Below, in pieces: positions 17,683 through 26,516 of a stretch of DNA of 64,000 nucleotides. A program made the translations under genes and the position numbers. Below the pieces are notes generated by a model. The model worked only from the letters and a program-made list of their open reading frames with translations, had not been told where the DNA came from and made no database searches. This stretch comes from an uncultured bacterium. Lineage in GTDB: Bacteria > Chlamydiota > Chlamydiia > Chlamydiales > CAZBXE01. Within the stretch, counting starts at the first letter, position 1, and the number at the start of each line of letters is the position of its first letter. The stretch is from NCBI GenBank assembly GCA_964496125.1, contig CAZBXE010000002.1, positions 12,383-76,382 of the forward strand, given 5' to 3'.

Positions 17683-19776
17683 CTATTGCTCATCCAGATC
17701 TTGTTTTTTTGTTAACAGAAAACAGTTGGAGCCAGTAAAAATCTTATACTTGCTGAACTTGCCTTCTTTCTGCAGCTGTTCCAACATGCTATGGATCCCA
17801 GCATAAGTGCTTAGGCCTTCGGGAATGTTTATTATAGCTTCATTCTTTGGGCCATTTACAAATTGGAAAACATCCTTTTGAAATTCTGCAAGTAGGCCCT
17901 TGTCCCTTTCCGCTCTCAGCTCTTTTAATACTTCAGGATCAAAAGGTTTTGTCCTTGTAAAGCACACATAACACTGTGTACTTCCAGGTCGGCCAGGTAT
18001 TGGTTTGTCAAATTCAACAGTCACCGAAAAATCGTTTGGCATCGGATTTTTTGCGATGAAGGTGTCTATTATCTCGCCAGTCCCTGTGGCGGCATTTTTT
18101 AGAAGAAAAGCGCATTCCTTTGGGAAGTGCTGATTCATCCAAATCCGATAAGGACTATCTAGCCCTTTTGGGTCTTTCTTTTTGATCTCCTCTAACCGAT
18201 TTTCGTGGAATTGCAAGAACCCCTTTCCCAGCAATTCGTAATCTATCTTAGGACTCACACTTATTATCCAGTTAATATCTTCTTGTAGTGTACCCTTTCT
18301 TTCAACCCACCTCTCAAACCTTAACTCAAAGCCAATTGCATTGTACTTTTTCTTCAATATCTCGTCTGCATTAAACATGTCCTTCAATTTCTCTCTTACT
18401 GCTTCATTTTCTAAGGCAGTAAATAAAGGCGTGTGCATGCGTTGCTGGTACGACTCCTGCGACCCACCAGAAGGATATTGCCCAGCTTTCAAAGCCTTAA
18501 AAATCATTTCGACACTCTCCTCTTCGGCTTTTGTTAAGTTTCGAGGGGCCTGGGTTGGCTTTGGCTGCTTTACAGGAATCTCCGGCTGAACACCAAGAGA
18601 CCTCATCATATCCTGCTGATTGGCGGTTTGCATGGACTCTGGACCTTTCTGCTCCACCACTTGTAGATTCAATCCCATACTACCATCATCGAGAGTGCAA
18701 TTCGATATCTTAAGACCCGTTTTTTTCGTTTTCTTCCACAATTCTAAGAACACTGTTTGCGTCGTAGTCTCACTAAACAAAGAATGCAAATGGGTTCCTT
18801 CTGTAAGTGTGACAGATGGATTTTCTCCTAGACTCTTGAAAACCAATAGGATTGCGCTTTGAAACTTTTCCATCTGCTCCTGTTTATCGTGTATTGGTTC
18901 CCGATTGGTTATAGGAGATGAAGATTTTGGCATGCTAGTCTCTGTAAATAACCTCGCCACATCGCTAAGAGCTTCAAAATACAGCTGCTCATTCTCGTTC
19001 GCCTTACTTTCTGTTGAACTAGGCACCTCATCGGGAGAATCAGGGAATTTGCTTAAAGAAACAAGCGTGGAAGCCTGACCAGCAGGATTTATATGACCTC
19101 CTGATGAGGCGGGAGCTACGGCTGGATCCGTTTTTGTGACGCGCCTTAAATTGGTGCGAACCTGGACTATTTTCTCTTCAGCTTTAGACTCGTCTTTATC
19201 TTGATGTTCTTTAGGGGGACTCTTTTCAGGTCCACGTGATAATAATTCGTCTCCAATAGGTTTGTCGTTGTTAGATGGATCACTACGTGGCGGCTTCATC
19301 GTAGGTATCGTTGATGTTGGGTTTTCCGGAGAGCTAGACCCAGGACTTGGAAAATGGATAAGCAGATCTACTATCTTTTTTTGTTTTGCAGAAAGATCTT
19401 CCTTTTTCATCTTTCCAAATTGCATTGTTACAGATACGCTTTTCCCCTTTTCATTTGTGCCAGAAACCTTAACGCCCACAATCCTATTTGTAAACCACGT
19501 CTTTTTTAGTTTTACCTGAGCGTTCTCAGAAAAGCTAGAATGTTCCAGCAAAGGAAGAAGCTCAGTCCTTATATCATTTAAAGCTTGTGCCATAGAGCCG
19601 TATCTGTCAATAACCTTAGAATCTAGGGTAACTTGATATAGGTGTCCGCTAATTTCTATGATCCCTTTGCGCCCCTTTCTCCCATTTACATCCACTTCTT
19701 TGCTTGTGTTAGACACCCCTAACCACGAAATCTGCGCGTTATCGCCCGAACCTGTGAGTAATGTTATGGAGTTCAT
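17683..19776 (-). CDS. Large orphan protein (697 aa) with a disordered S/P/E/K-rich centre
   Basis: Uninterrupted 2.1-kb ORF with no signal peptide or TM segment. The central region of about 200 aa is low complexity. By eye, more AT-rich than its neighbours. Confidence 0.6.
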   Translation of the reverse strand: MNSITLLTGSGDNAQISWLGVSNTSKEVDVNGRKGRKGIIEISGHLYQVTLDSKVIDRYGSMAQALNDIRTELLPLLEHSSFSENAQVKLKKTWFTNRIVGVKVSGTNEKGKSVSVTMQFGKMKKEDLSAKQKKIVDLLIHFPSPGSSSPENPTSTIPTMKPPRSDPSNNDKPIGDELLSRGPEKSPPKEHQDKDESKAEEKIVQVRTNLRRVTKTDPAVAPASSGGHINPAGQASTLVSLSKFPDSPDEVPSSTESKANENEQLYFEALSDVARLFTETSMPKSSSPITNREPIHDKQEQMEKFQSAILLVFKSLGENPSVTLTEGTHLHSLFSETTTQTVFLELWKKTKKTGLKISNCTLDDGSMGLNLQVVEQKGPESMQTANQQDMMRSLGVQPEIPVKQPKPTQAPRNLTKAEEESVEMIFKALKAGQYPSGGSQESYQQRMHTPLFTALENEAVREKLKDMFNADEILKKKYNAIGFELRFERWVERKGTLQEDINWIISVSPKIDYELLGKGFLQFHENRLEEIKKKDPKGLDSPYRIWMNQHFPKECAFLLKNAATGTGEIIDTFIAKNPMPNDFSVTVEFDKPIPGRPGSTQCYVCFTRTKPFDPEVLKELRAERDKGLLAEFQKDVFQFVNGPKNEAIINIPEGLSTYAGIHSMLEQLQKEGKFSKYKIFTGSNCFLLTKKQDLDEQ

Positions 19777-19960
19777 CTACTCTCCCTTGAATCGAATCGA
19801 CGATATTCATCCTGCCCTATTATAGAACAAATGCGAAAAATTAGTTTAAAAAACCACAAACTAATCATTAAGTTGCTAATTTTTAACATACTAAAAAAAC
19901 AATAATAGTGTGTTACTTGGGGCTCGCTATCGCTTGACACATGGGCTATACACAAATTAA

Positions 19961-21109
19961 CTAAAGACTAGAGTTTGAAAGGAATTTTTGGAAAGCAGGA
20001 GAGAGACGTACCGGATCAAACTCCTTTCTGGCAAGCGTCTTTGCTATATCGCCAAGACCTTCATTCACAGCACATTGCAGCCACCCAACGGCAGGCAGTT
20101 CTTGCCCCATTTGTGCATGGGCCATCGCATTATTAACCGCTGTCTCCGCAGAAGGGGTAGCCTCATGAACCCTTTTCCCCACATCCGCTGCTTCTTGCCA
20201 GAAATGAAGAGCAAGGGCTGTTTTCTGCAGAAGCACAAGGCCTTGAATACTTAAATATTTCTGCACGGGATGCAAAAGCTCGTAACTTGCCTCCTCACGC
20301 CCTTCTTGATAGGCAATACGAGCCAAATCCTCAGTGGCCTTTACAAAAATCACGCCCCGTTTCGTTTCCTCTCTAATTTTTGAAAGCTTATGCCGTGCAA
20401 GCTCTTTGCTCCCTTCCATGAAATCTCTTCGCGCCTCCCCTAAGAGCTGCTGCATTCTGGGCTCCAAATCAGCTGGGGAGACAACTCCAAACTCTCTCCA
20501 CATCTTAAAGCTTTCAAAAGCAAAAAGAGTAAAGAGCACGCCAGGCACAATTTGTTGAAGAAGTAGAAAACAAATCGCAAATCCCACAGAAAAAATAAAA
20601 CTCGATAGATAAGAATAACGCATTCCCTTGAAGCCGAACACCCCTTCCAAAATAATCCCTACAAGGCGTCCCCCATCTAAGGGGACTACAGGCAAGAGAT
20701 TCACAAGTGTCCAGAAAAAGTTGACCGAAACACTGACTTGAAAAGCATACGTCAGCGCTAAAGGGAGAGAGGGAAACTTTAAGAGAACATAAGACGAAAG
20801 CACAAAAAGAACAAACCCCGCTGCCGGCCCATTGACAACAATCAAAAACTCCTTCGGCAAAGACAATCTCCCTCCCTCGCGGAGGGTAAGCCCACCATAT
20901 CCCATCAATTCAACAGTCGCTCGCTGTCCAAAAAAAGTAGCCGTGAGCGCATGCCCCATCTCATGTACAAGAAGGGACACGATAATTACGATCAGCCAGA
21001 GAAACGCCTCCAAAGGAGACCCTCCACTCCCAAGGAGCGACAGAAGTCCCGCCATCAGCCAGAAGATGGGGTGAATATGGATGGGGATTCTCGAAGGGAT
21101 CCGGATCAT
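19961..21109 (-). CDS. M50-family (site-2 protease-like) membrane metallopeptidase with a helical-repeat C-terminal domain
   Basis: HEMGH in TM context plus [12 protein letters not shown] (NxxPxxxLDG). Its start overlaps the sucD stop by 4 nt. Confidence 0.8.
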   Translation of the reverse strand: MIRIPSRIPIHIHPIFWLMAGLLSLLGSGGSPLEAFLWLIVIIVSLLVHEMGHALTATFFGQRATVELMGYGGLTLREGGRLSLPKEFLIVVNGPAAGFVLFVLSSYVLLKFPSLPLALTYAFQVSVSVNFFWTLVNLLPVVPLDGGRLVGIILEGVFGFKGMRYSYLSSFIFSVGFAICFLLLQQIVPGVLFTLFAFESFKMWREFGVVSPADLEPRMQQLLGEARRDFMEGSKELARHKLSKIREETKRGVIFVKATEDLARIAYQEGREEASYELLHPVQKYLSIQGLVLLQKTALALHFWQEAADVGKRVHEATPSAETAVNNAMAHAQMGQELPAVGWLQCAVNEGLGDIAKTLARKEFDPVRLSPAFQKFLSNSSL

Positions 21110-21984
21110 TTCTTTCTCACAAGCTGTTCTACTGTTTTTCCAATCAAGGCTGGGTTCTCAGCAATCACAACCCCTGCCTTTTTTAAAGCTTCTATTTTAT
21201 GGGCAGCACTTCCCTCACTTGCAGACATAATAGCGCCTGCATGGCCCATTCTCTTCCCTGGGGGAGCTGTACGGCCTGCGATAAAGGCAACAACTGGCTT
21301 TGTACAGTGCTTGCCAATCCACAAAGCTGCCTCCTCTTCTGCCACACCGCCAATTTCTCCAATCAATAAAATCGCCTCCGTCTCAGGATCTTTTTCAAAA
21401 AGTTCAAGCACATCCACAAAACTCGTCCCATTCAGAGGATCGCCGCCAATTCCCACGCATGTCGATTGCCCGAGATCAAGCTTGGTTGTTTGCCATACCG
21501 CCTCATAGGTAAGCGTCCCGGAGCGAGAGACGATACCGATCCTTCCCTTCTTGTGGATGTATCCTGGCATAATCCCCATCTTGCATTCATCTGGCGTGAT
21601 GATCCCAGGACAATTGGGCCCAATCAGACGGATCCTTTTATTCTGCTGCATTGTCGTTTTTACATCCAGCATATCCCGAACAGGAATGCCTTCCGTAATG
21701 CAAATAATCAGAGGAATCTCGGCATCAAAGGCTTCTAGAATCGCATCGGCAGCATACGCAGGGGGCACGAAAATCATTGTGGCATTGCAGCCTGTTTCTT
21801 CCACAGCCTCTAGAACAGTATCAAAAATCGGCAGATGAAAAATCTCTTCTCCCCCCTTGCCAGGTGTGACTCCACCTACCATGTGCGTACCATATTTTAC
21901 GCACATCTCCGTGTGAAAGCGGCCAGCCTTTCCAGTAATTCCTTGCGTGATCACCTTCGTATTTTTATTGACCAGAATAGACAC
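21106..21984 (-). CDS. sucD: Succinyl-CoA synthetase alpha subunit
   Basis: [26 protein letters not shown]... matches the SucD N-terminus. The GTG start at 21984 overlaps the sucC TAG (TAGTG). The 60-codon upstream extension in the ORF track lies inside sucC. Confidence 0.9.
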   Translation of the reverse strand: MSILVNKNTKVITQGITGKAGRFHTEMCVKYGTHMVGGVTPGKGGEEIFHLPIFDTVLEAVEETGCNATMIFVPPAYAADAILEAFDAEIPLIICITEGIPVRDMLDVKTTMQQNKRIRLIGPNCPGIITPDECKMGIMPGYIHKKGRIGIVSRSGTLTYEAVWQTTKLDLGQSTCVGIGGDPLNGTSFVDVLELFEKDPETEAILLIGEIGGVAEEEAALWIGKHCTKPVVAFIAGRTAPPGKRMGHAGAIMSASEGSAAHKIEALKKAGVVIAENPALIGKTVEQLVRKK

Positions 21985-23138
21985 TAGGTGGCCTCCATTG
22001 CCTTTTCGGCAGCTTCCGCAAGGTCGCCTGCAAAGCTGATCTTTAACCCTGACTCGGCAAGTTTGCGTCTTCCCTCCTCCACATTCGTTCCCTCCATTCT
22101 CACGACAAGGGGAAGGGACTGCCCTTTGGAGAACGCTAGCAGAATACCCTCTGCTATCGTTTCGCAATTCATAATGCCCCCAAAGATGTTCACTAAGATC
22201 ACGCGCACATCCGGATCTGCCAGAATAAGCTGTAAACCCACAGCAATTTTCTCACACGTCGCGCTTCCACCTACATCCAAAAAGTTGGCTGGACTTCCCC
22301 CATAGAGCTTTATCATATCCATTGTTGCCATCGCAAGACCTGCTCCATTCACCATGCACCCAATATTTCCCTCAAGAGAAACATAAGCAATACCTTCTCT
22401 TCGTGCGATCACCTCCGAGGGACTCTGCTGTGTTGGATCGTAAAACTGCTTAAACTCTGGATGACGGTAGAGAGCGCTATCATCGATTGCCATCTTGGCA
22501 TCCAAAGCGAGTAACTCTTTGTTCTTTGTCAAAACCAGGGGGTTGATCTCAAGCAAAGAGGCATCTTTCTCGGCAAAAACTAAAGCAAAGGCACGCGCAA
22601 TCTCCTCCCCCTGCCTTGCGACATCCCCTTCCCAACCCATGAACTTCAAAAGACGCGTCAACTCAAACTGGCGAAGAGTCCCATCCAAGCGAATAGGCAA
22701 GCGAAGAATTTGATCAGGAGAGGTTTTTGCTACCTCTTCAATATCCATGCCCCCCATCGGGGAGGCAAGCAGCATGGCTTTAGCCTCTTTCCGATCGATC
22801 AAAGCGCCGAGGTAGTATTCTTTGAGAATCGGTGTTGGCATGGCAAGTGTCAATTTTTTTGCAACAAGACCACGAGGACCTGTCTGCGCATTGACAAGCT
22901 TAAACCCAAGCATCCCCTTAGCCGTCCGTGCAATCTCCTCTCGCCCCTTAACTATTTGCACCCCGCCCGCCTTTCCGCGTCCACCCGCATGAACCTGCGC
23001 TTTAATCACCGCACGATCAAGACCTAGATGTAGGATAGCTTCCTCAATCTGCTTCTCATTCTCGACTACTGTAAAAAAATCTGTAGGAATACCATGACTT
23101 TTCAACACCAATTTCGCTTGATATTCATGCAAATACAT
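21984..23138 (-). CDS. sucC: Succinyl-CoA synthetase beta subunit
   Basis: [18 protein letters not shown]... N-terminus, ATP-grasp core and ligase-CoA C-terminal domain. Confidence 0.93.
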   Translation of the reverse strand: MYLHEYQAKLVLKSHGIPTDFFTVVENEKQIEEAILHLGLDRAVIKAQVHAGGRGKAGGVQIVKGREEIARTAKGMLGFKLVNAQTGPRGLVAKKLTLAMPTPILKEYYLGALIDRKEAKAMLLASPMGGMDIEEVAKTSPDQILRLPIRLDGTLRQFELTRLLKFMGWEGDVARQGEEIARAFALVFAEKDASLLEINPLVLTKNKELLALDAKMAIDDSALYRHPEFKQFYDPTQQSPSEVIARREGIAYVSLEGNIGCMVNGAGLAMATMDMIKLYGGSPANFLDVGGSATCEKIAVGLQLILADPDVRVILVNIFGGIMNCETIAEGILLAFSKGQSLPLVVRMEGTNVEEGRRKLAESGLKISFAGDLAEAAEKAMEAT

Positions 23139-23225
23139 TGCCTACCGCCCAGCCCAACCTTTCTGTATAATTGGATAGTGTGGTAGACTGCCCATTCAAA
23201 TCAACTTGAAAAAAGGAAGAAAAGC

Positions 23226-24158
23226 GTGGTTTTTGGTTTTTTTAAATCGGGAGTGGAAAAGCTAAAAAAAGCCCTCTCTACAACACGTTCTTTTTTTGCG
23301 AGCCGCATTGCTACCCTTTTTAGCAGAGGAAAGCTCGACGAAGAGACACTAGACCAGCTGGAACAAACCTTTTATGAGGCGGACCTCGGTGTTGAAACAG
23401 CAACCGAGCTCACAAAAAAAATCCAAAACGCCTTTGCCAAAAACCCCAAACTCACAAGTGAAGAGCTCCTCCAGATCGTAAGATCGGACCTTGAAGCCCT
23501 TCTACTAGAGAACCAAACCCCAGTGGATGAGGCCATAAGACAAAAGCCCAAGGTGGTCTTAATTATCGGGGTCAATGGAAATGGGAAGACGACCACGATT
23601 GCAAAACTTGCTAAACGGTATAAAGACGCCGGCAAACAGGTAATGCTAGCTGCAGCTGATACCTTTAGGGCAGCAGCTATTGAACAGCTAACCCTCTGGG
23701 CAGAAAGACTTTCCATCCCTATTGTTAAGGGAGCACCAGGGGGAGATCCCGCAGCGGTTGCCTTTGACGCCATAGCCTCTGCCAAAGCCAAAGGGGTAGA
23801 TGTACTCTTGATTGATACTGCTGGGCGTCTGCATACTAAAACAAGTCTTATGCAAGAGCTTGCGAAAATCCGCGCCATTTGTCAAAAGTCTTTAGAAGGC
23901 GCTCCCCATGAAACCTATCTTATTCTTGATGCCAATACAGGACAAAACGGCATAGACCAAGCAAAAACCTTCCACGAAACCCTCCCCTTGACTGGGCTCA
24001 TACTGACAAAATTGGACAGCACTGCCAAGGGCGGAATCGTCATTCGGATCCATCAAAACCTAAAAGTTCCTATTAGCTACGTGGGACTTGGAGAAGGGAT
24101 TGATGATTTGCAACCATTTGACCCCAAAGCATTTATCTCAGCTCTATTCGATTCTTGA
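23226..24158 (+). CDS. ftsY: Signal recognition particle receptor FtsY
   Basis: SRP GTPase motifs GVNGNGKTTTIAKLA, DTAGRLH and TKLDSTAKGG. GTG start. Confidence 0.9.
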   Translation: MVFGFFKSGVEKLKKALSTTRSFFASRIATLFSRGKLDEETLDQLEQTFYEADLGVETATELTKKIQNAFAKNPKLTSEELLQIVRSDLEALLLENQTPVDEAIRQKPKVVLIIGVNGNGKTTTIAKLAKRYKDAGKQVMLAAADTFRAAAIEQLTLWAERLSIPIVKGAPGGDPAAVAFDAIASAKAKGVDVLLIDTAGRLHTKTSLMQELAKIRAICQKSLEGAPHETYLILDANTGQNGIDQAKTFHETLPLTGLILTKLDSTAKGGIVIRIHQNLKVPISYVGLGEGIDDLQPFDPKAFISALFDS

Positions 24159-24241
24159 CATCCATCCCCCCCCTTGCGGTAGAATGAGGTTAGGGCCAGG
24201 TTTCTTAAAGAAACTTAAAAGCCCCCAAAAGGAGGAGTTGT

Positions 24242-24610
24242 ATGGGTTATGCTCACAATATCTCTCTCCACAAAACGGTTCTTATTTTGGTCGCATGTCT
24301 CCTACTCCTAGGAGAAGACGCAAATGCAAGGGGTCCCAATCTCTATGATCGGATGACACAAGGGACCCTCTATAAAGACAAAGGCTATAGCACTTCCGGC
24401 TATTACAGAAATGGGCGATTCAACACACCCTATAATACCAGAAGCTACTACTTTGACTCGTATAACCCTAAGTATCCTCACCTTTACCCAAGAGCTTTGG
24501 AACACCCCTATTACTACAAGCAGCAGTTTGGCTATCCTTACTATGAAGGAAAAGGGGAACAAGGTTCTTCTAACGTTTCTGAACCATCAAAGAAATCAAG
24601 TAACCAATAA
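24242..24610 (+). CDS. Secreted Tyr-rich low-complexity protein 1 (122 aa)
   Basis: SD aaggagg; signal-like N-terminus (...LILVACLLLLGEDANA). 18 Tyr by hand count (GYYRNGRFNTPYNTRSYYFDSYNPKYPHLYP...HPYYYKQQFGYPYYEG). Confidence 0.7.
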   Translation: MGYAHNISLHKTVLILVACLLLLGEDANARGPNLYDRMTQGTLYKDKGYSTSGYYRNGRFNTPYNTRSYYFDSYNPKYPHLYPRALEHPYYYKQQFGYPYYEGKGEQGSSNVSEPSKKSSNQ

Positions 24611-24636
24611 TTCTTTAGCTAAGGGAGGAAAATAGC

Positions 24637-24981
24637 ATGAAAAGGCCTAAATTTATTACTCTACTATGCGTCAGTGCACTTTGTGTCTCTGGGGCAGCCT
24701 ATGCCGATATGTACAACAACTCGCCTATGGGCACGCAAAACCCAGAAATGATGAAAAGCAAGAGCGTAAACTCACCCAAACAAAACACAGCTCGTACACG
24801 TGGGGAAATCTCCACCGATAGCAACAAATCAAGCCGTTTTGAGACATCAAAACACTACAAAAATGACAGAAGAGCTTCCAATATGGACAGGGCAAAAAAT
24901 GGGCAAATGTCTACCAATCTAAACCGAGACAACCAGGAAAGACAAAACGATAACTCGTGGTGGAACTGGAGCAGCAACTAG
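24637..24981 (+). CDS. Secreted N/S/K/R-rich low-complexity protein 2 (114 aa)
   Basis: SD gggagg; clear signal peptide MKRPKFITLLCVSALCVSGAAYA. Polar low-complexity body ending NDNSWWNWSSN. Confidence 0.65.
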   Translation: MKRPKFITLLCVSALCVSGAAYADMYNNSPMGTQNPEMMKSKSVNSPKQNTARTRGEISTDSNKSSRFETSKHYKNDRRASNMDRAKNGQMSTNLNRDNQERQNDNSWWNWSSN

Positions 24982-24988
24982 AAAAGCA

Positions 24989-25027
24989 AGAGGGCAAGGC
25001 TACTCCCTTGCCCTCTCTTTACATTTT
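24989..25027 (+). terminator. Rho-independent terminator inside the Tyr-rich cluster
   Basis: Perfect 11-bp stem agagggcaagg / ccttgccctct, 6-nt loop, T-rich tail. Confidence 0.7.
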
Positions 25028-25037
25028 GGAGGAAATC

Positions 25038-25292
25038 ATGAAAGTGATAAAGACTCTTTTGTTTTTCTGTCTTGTTTCATCGCAGGTCTCTTACGGAGAG
25101 TACCAGCCCGTGTACAGGCCAAATGCTAACCCAAGTCGGCCGTATCAGACACCAATGCCTACAGAACCAGACGTGACTCCCTATCAGCAACGTTCATCAT
25201 CAAGCGGCATCGAGATTACGCCGAAACCGAATCCTTACAACGAAAATAGGAACTCCATCGACATCGATACAACCTGGGAGGATGAGTTTTAG
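25038..25292 (+). CDS. Secreted P/Y/N-rich small protein 3 (84 aa)
   Basis: SD ggagg 5 nt before the ATG at 25038; signal peptide MKVIKTLLFFCLVSSQVSYG. Body reads EYQPVYRPNANPSRPYQTPMP...PYQQ...PNPYNEN. Confidence 0.6.
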   Translation: MKVIKTLLFFCLVSSQVSYGEYQPVYRPNANPSRPYQTPMPTEPDVTPYQQRSSSSGIEITPKPNPYNENRNSIDIDTTWEDEF

Positions 25293-25325
25293 TTGTTTTT
25301 TAGACTCTAAAAGGAGGGTATTTTT

Positions 25326-25640
25326 ATGGATATCTCGCGAACTTTAAGCGGTGTTGGCATAGGTTCTGCACTGCTCATGGGCTCTCTCTTTACACCACAA
25401 GAGGCAAAAGGCGTAGAAAGACCGGATGGAGTCCGTGCCGAGCAAGCCGGCGTGTCTTTCTATGTAGGCCCAAGCTATGGCTATGGTTACTATGGCTATC
25501 CTAGCTACTATCATAGACCCTACTACAACAATGGCTATTATTATTACCCTTATCGAAGAGGGTACTACTACAGGCCTTACTATCGCGATGGCTACTATCG
25601 AAGAGGCTGGGGCGGTGGTTTTGGTCTCTATTTTAGATAA
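25326..25640 (+). CDS. Secreted extreme Tyr/Gly/Arg-rich protein 4 (104 aa)
   Basis: SD aaggaggg; hydrophobic N-terminus. The last 62 aa contain 23 Tyr (VSFYVGPSYGYGYYGYPSYYHRPYYNNGYYYYPYRRGYYYRPYYRDGYYRRGWGGGFGLYFR). Confidence 0.7.
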   Translation: MDISRTLSGVGIGSALLMGSLFTPQEAKGVERPDGVRAEQAGVSFYVGPSYGYGYYGYPSYYHRPYYNNGYYYYPYRRGYYYRPYYRDGYYRRGWGGGFGLYFR

Positions 25641-25647
25641 AGTAAAA

Positions 25648-25678
25648 GCCCCAGGGCTATATCCCTGGGGCAATTTTT
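25648..25678 (+). terminator. Rho-independent terminator
   Basis: Perfect 9-bp stem gccccaggg / ccctggggc, 6-nt loop, then aattttt. Confidence 0.7.
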
Positions 25679-25691
25679 AAAAAGGAGATCT

Positions 25692-26162
25692 ATGAACCTA
25701 TCCGGATATTACACCTGGTTCTTTTTGAGTCTTTTTTCTCTAGCTGTTTGTTCATTCCTTAGGCTGCTTTTTAAGCAAGCCCAGCGAACCAAACAAACAG
25801 CTAGAGAAAAAATCCTTCAAAAATACCAACAGGTGGAATATCCGGATAGGTTCATGAATAACGTGCAAACCCTAGCCTTTGGCCTTCTGCTCATCAGTGC
25901 AACAGCTCTGCAAGCGACAAGCTCTAGGGAACGAATCGGCGTCTCCTATTATACAGGTCCTGGGTATCGCTACGAAGGAACCTATAGCTATCCGGGGACA
26001 GAATACAGAAGAGGCTACCCTACCTGGGGATATGGCCCTTACTATAACTACAACTACTACCCCTACAACGACAGCGCTTATACCTATCAGGGTCGCATTC
26101 ACTATCGACACGGCTACAAAGGATATGGAAGCTACAATAACTTTAACCAAGGGAACCGTTGA
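25692..26162 (+). CDS. Tyr-rich protein 5 (156 aa; paralogue of protein 4)
   Basis: SD aaggag; two hydrophobic N-terminal segments, with an alternative start at M55 (25854). The last 81 aa contain 21 Tyr. Shares the GVS[FY]Y[VT]GP[SG]Y entry motif with protein 4. Confidence 0.65.
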   Translation: MNLSGYYTWFFLSLFSLAVCSFLRLLFKQAQRTKQTAREKILQKYQQVEYPDRFMNNVQTLAFGLLLISATALQATSSRERIGVSYYTGPGYRYEGTYSYPGTEYRRGYPTWGYGPYYNYNYYPYNDSAYTYQGRIHYRHGYKGYGSYNNFNQGNR

Positions 26163-26285
26163 TTCCTTTGAGCAGCGATGAACCTATCTGAATAAATATT
26201 CTAGATGATACAGTCTTTTGTCATAAACCCATGTGTGGTTAATAATGATTGCCAAGAGACAGATAGGCAAAAAGATTTTACAACT

Positions 26286-26500
26286 CTCACGGATGAGCAA
26301 TGGACTGTTATTCAAAGTCTTATGGACTGGGAGCCTTCACTGGAAAGAGGCAAATCGCGCGCTAAGTGGACGTGCCTCCTGATAGAAGTTTCTATGCTGC
26401 TAGGGCGACAGCGCATCAATGGCTTTTACAATGGCAACACCTCGGATTTTTTGATAGAGTTTTAAGTGGCCTTCTGCAAATTGCAGTCCAAAAAAAAAGA
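26286..26500 (+). pseudogene. Frameshifted, truncated remnant of an IS5/IS4-type transposase N-terminus (DUF4096-like)
   Basis: LTDEQWTVIQSLM...ERGKSRAK in one frame continues as ...FYAARATAHQW...WQHLGFFDRVLSGL in another. Resembles the LTDEQW...RGRPR...FYVLRTGCQW...RWxxxGVFERI pattern. No DDE domain follows. Confidence 0.45.
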
Positions 26501-26516
26501 AGAGGTGGATCATGGC

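Noticed and set aside
19941-19968. atgggctatacacaaat shares a 14-nt exact core (ggctatacacaaat) with the left end of the 26517 palindrome
   Set aside because: About seven exact 14-mer coincidences are expected by chance in 64 kb. The shared part also extends outside the inverted repeat rather than along it. A genome-wide search is needed before calling it a third copy.
20951-21838. Plus-strand ORFs (185, 70, 90 and 95 aa) antisense to the M50 protease and sucD
   Set aside because: They are shadow ORFs of well-supported minus-strand genes, with no SD and low-complexity S/P/A-rich translations.
21985-22167. 60-codon upstream extension of sucD ([11 protein letters not shown]...)
   Set aside because: It lies within the sucC coding sequence in another frame. 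The SucD homology begins exactly at the GTG overlapping the sucC stop.
23372-23878. 168-aa minus-strand ORF inside ftsY
   Set aside because: It is antisense to a gene carrying unambiguous SRP-GTPase motifs, and its translation is A/S-rich shadow sequence.
25344-26181. Alternative-frame ORFs over Tyr-rich genes 4 and 5 (25344-25673 minus, 25477-25680 plus, 25872-26150 minus, 25879-26181 plus)
   Set aside because: The repetitive TAY/GGY codons keep the other frames open. Only the Tyr frames have an SD plus a signal-like N-terminus and share a paralogous motif. Frame conservation in homologues should still be checked.
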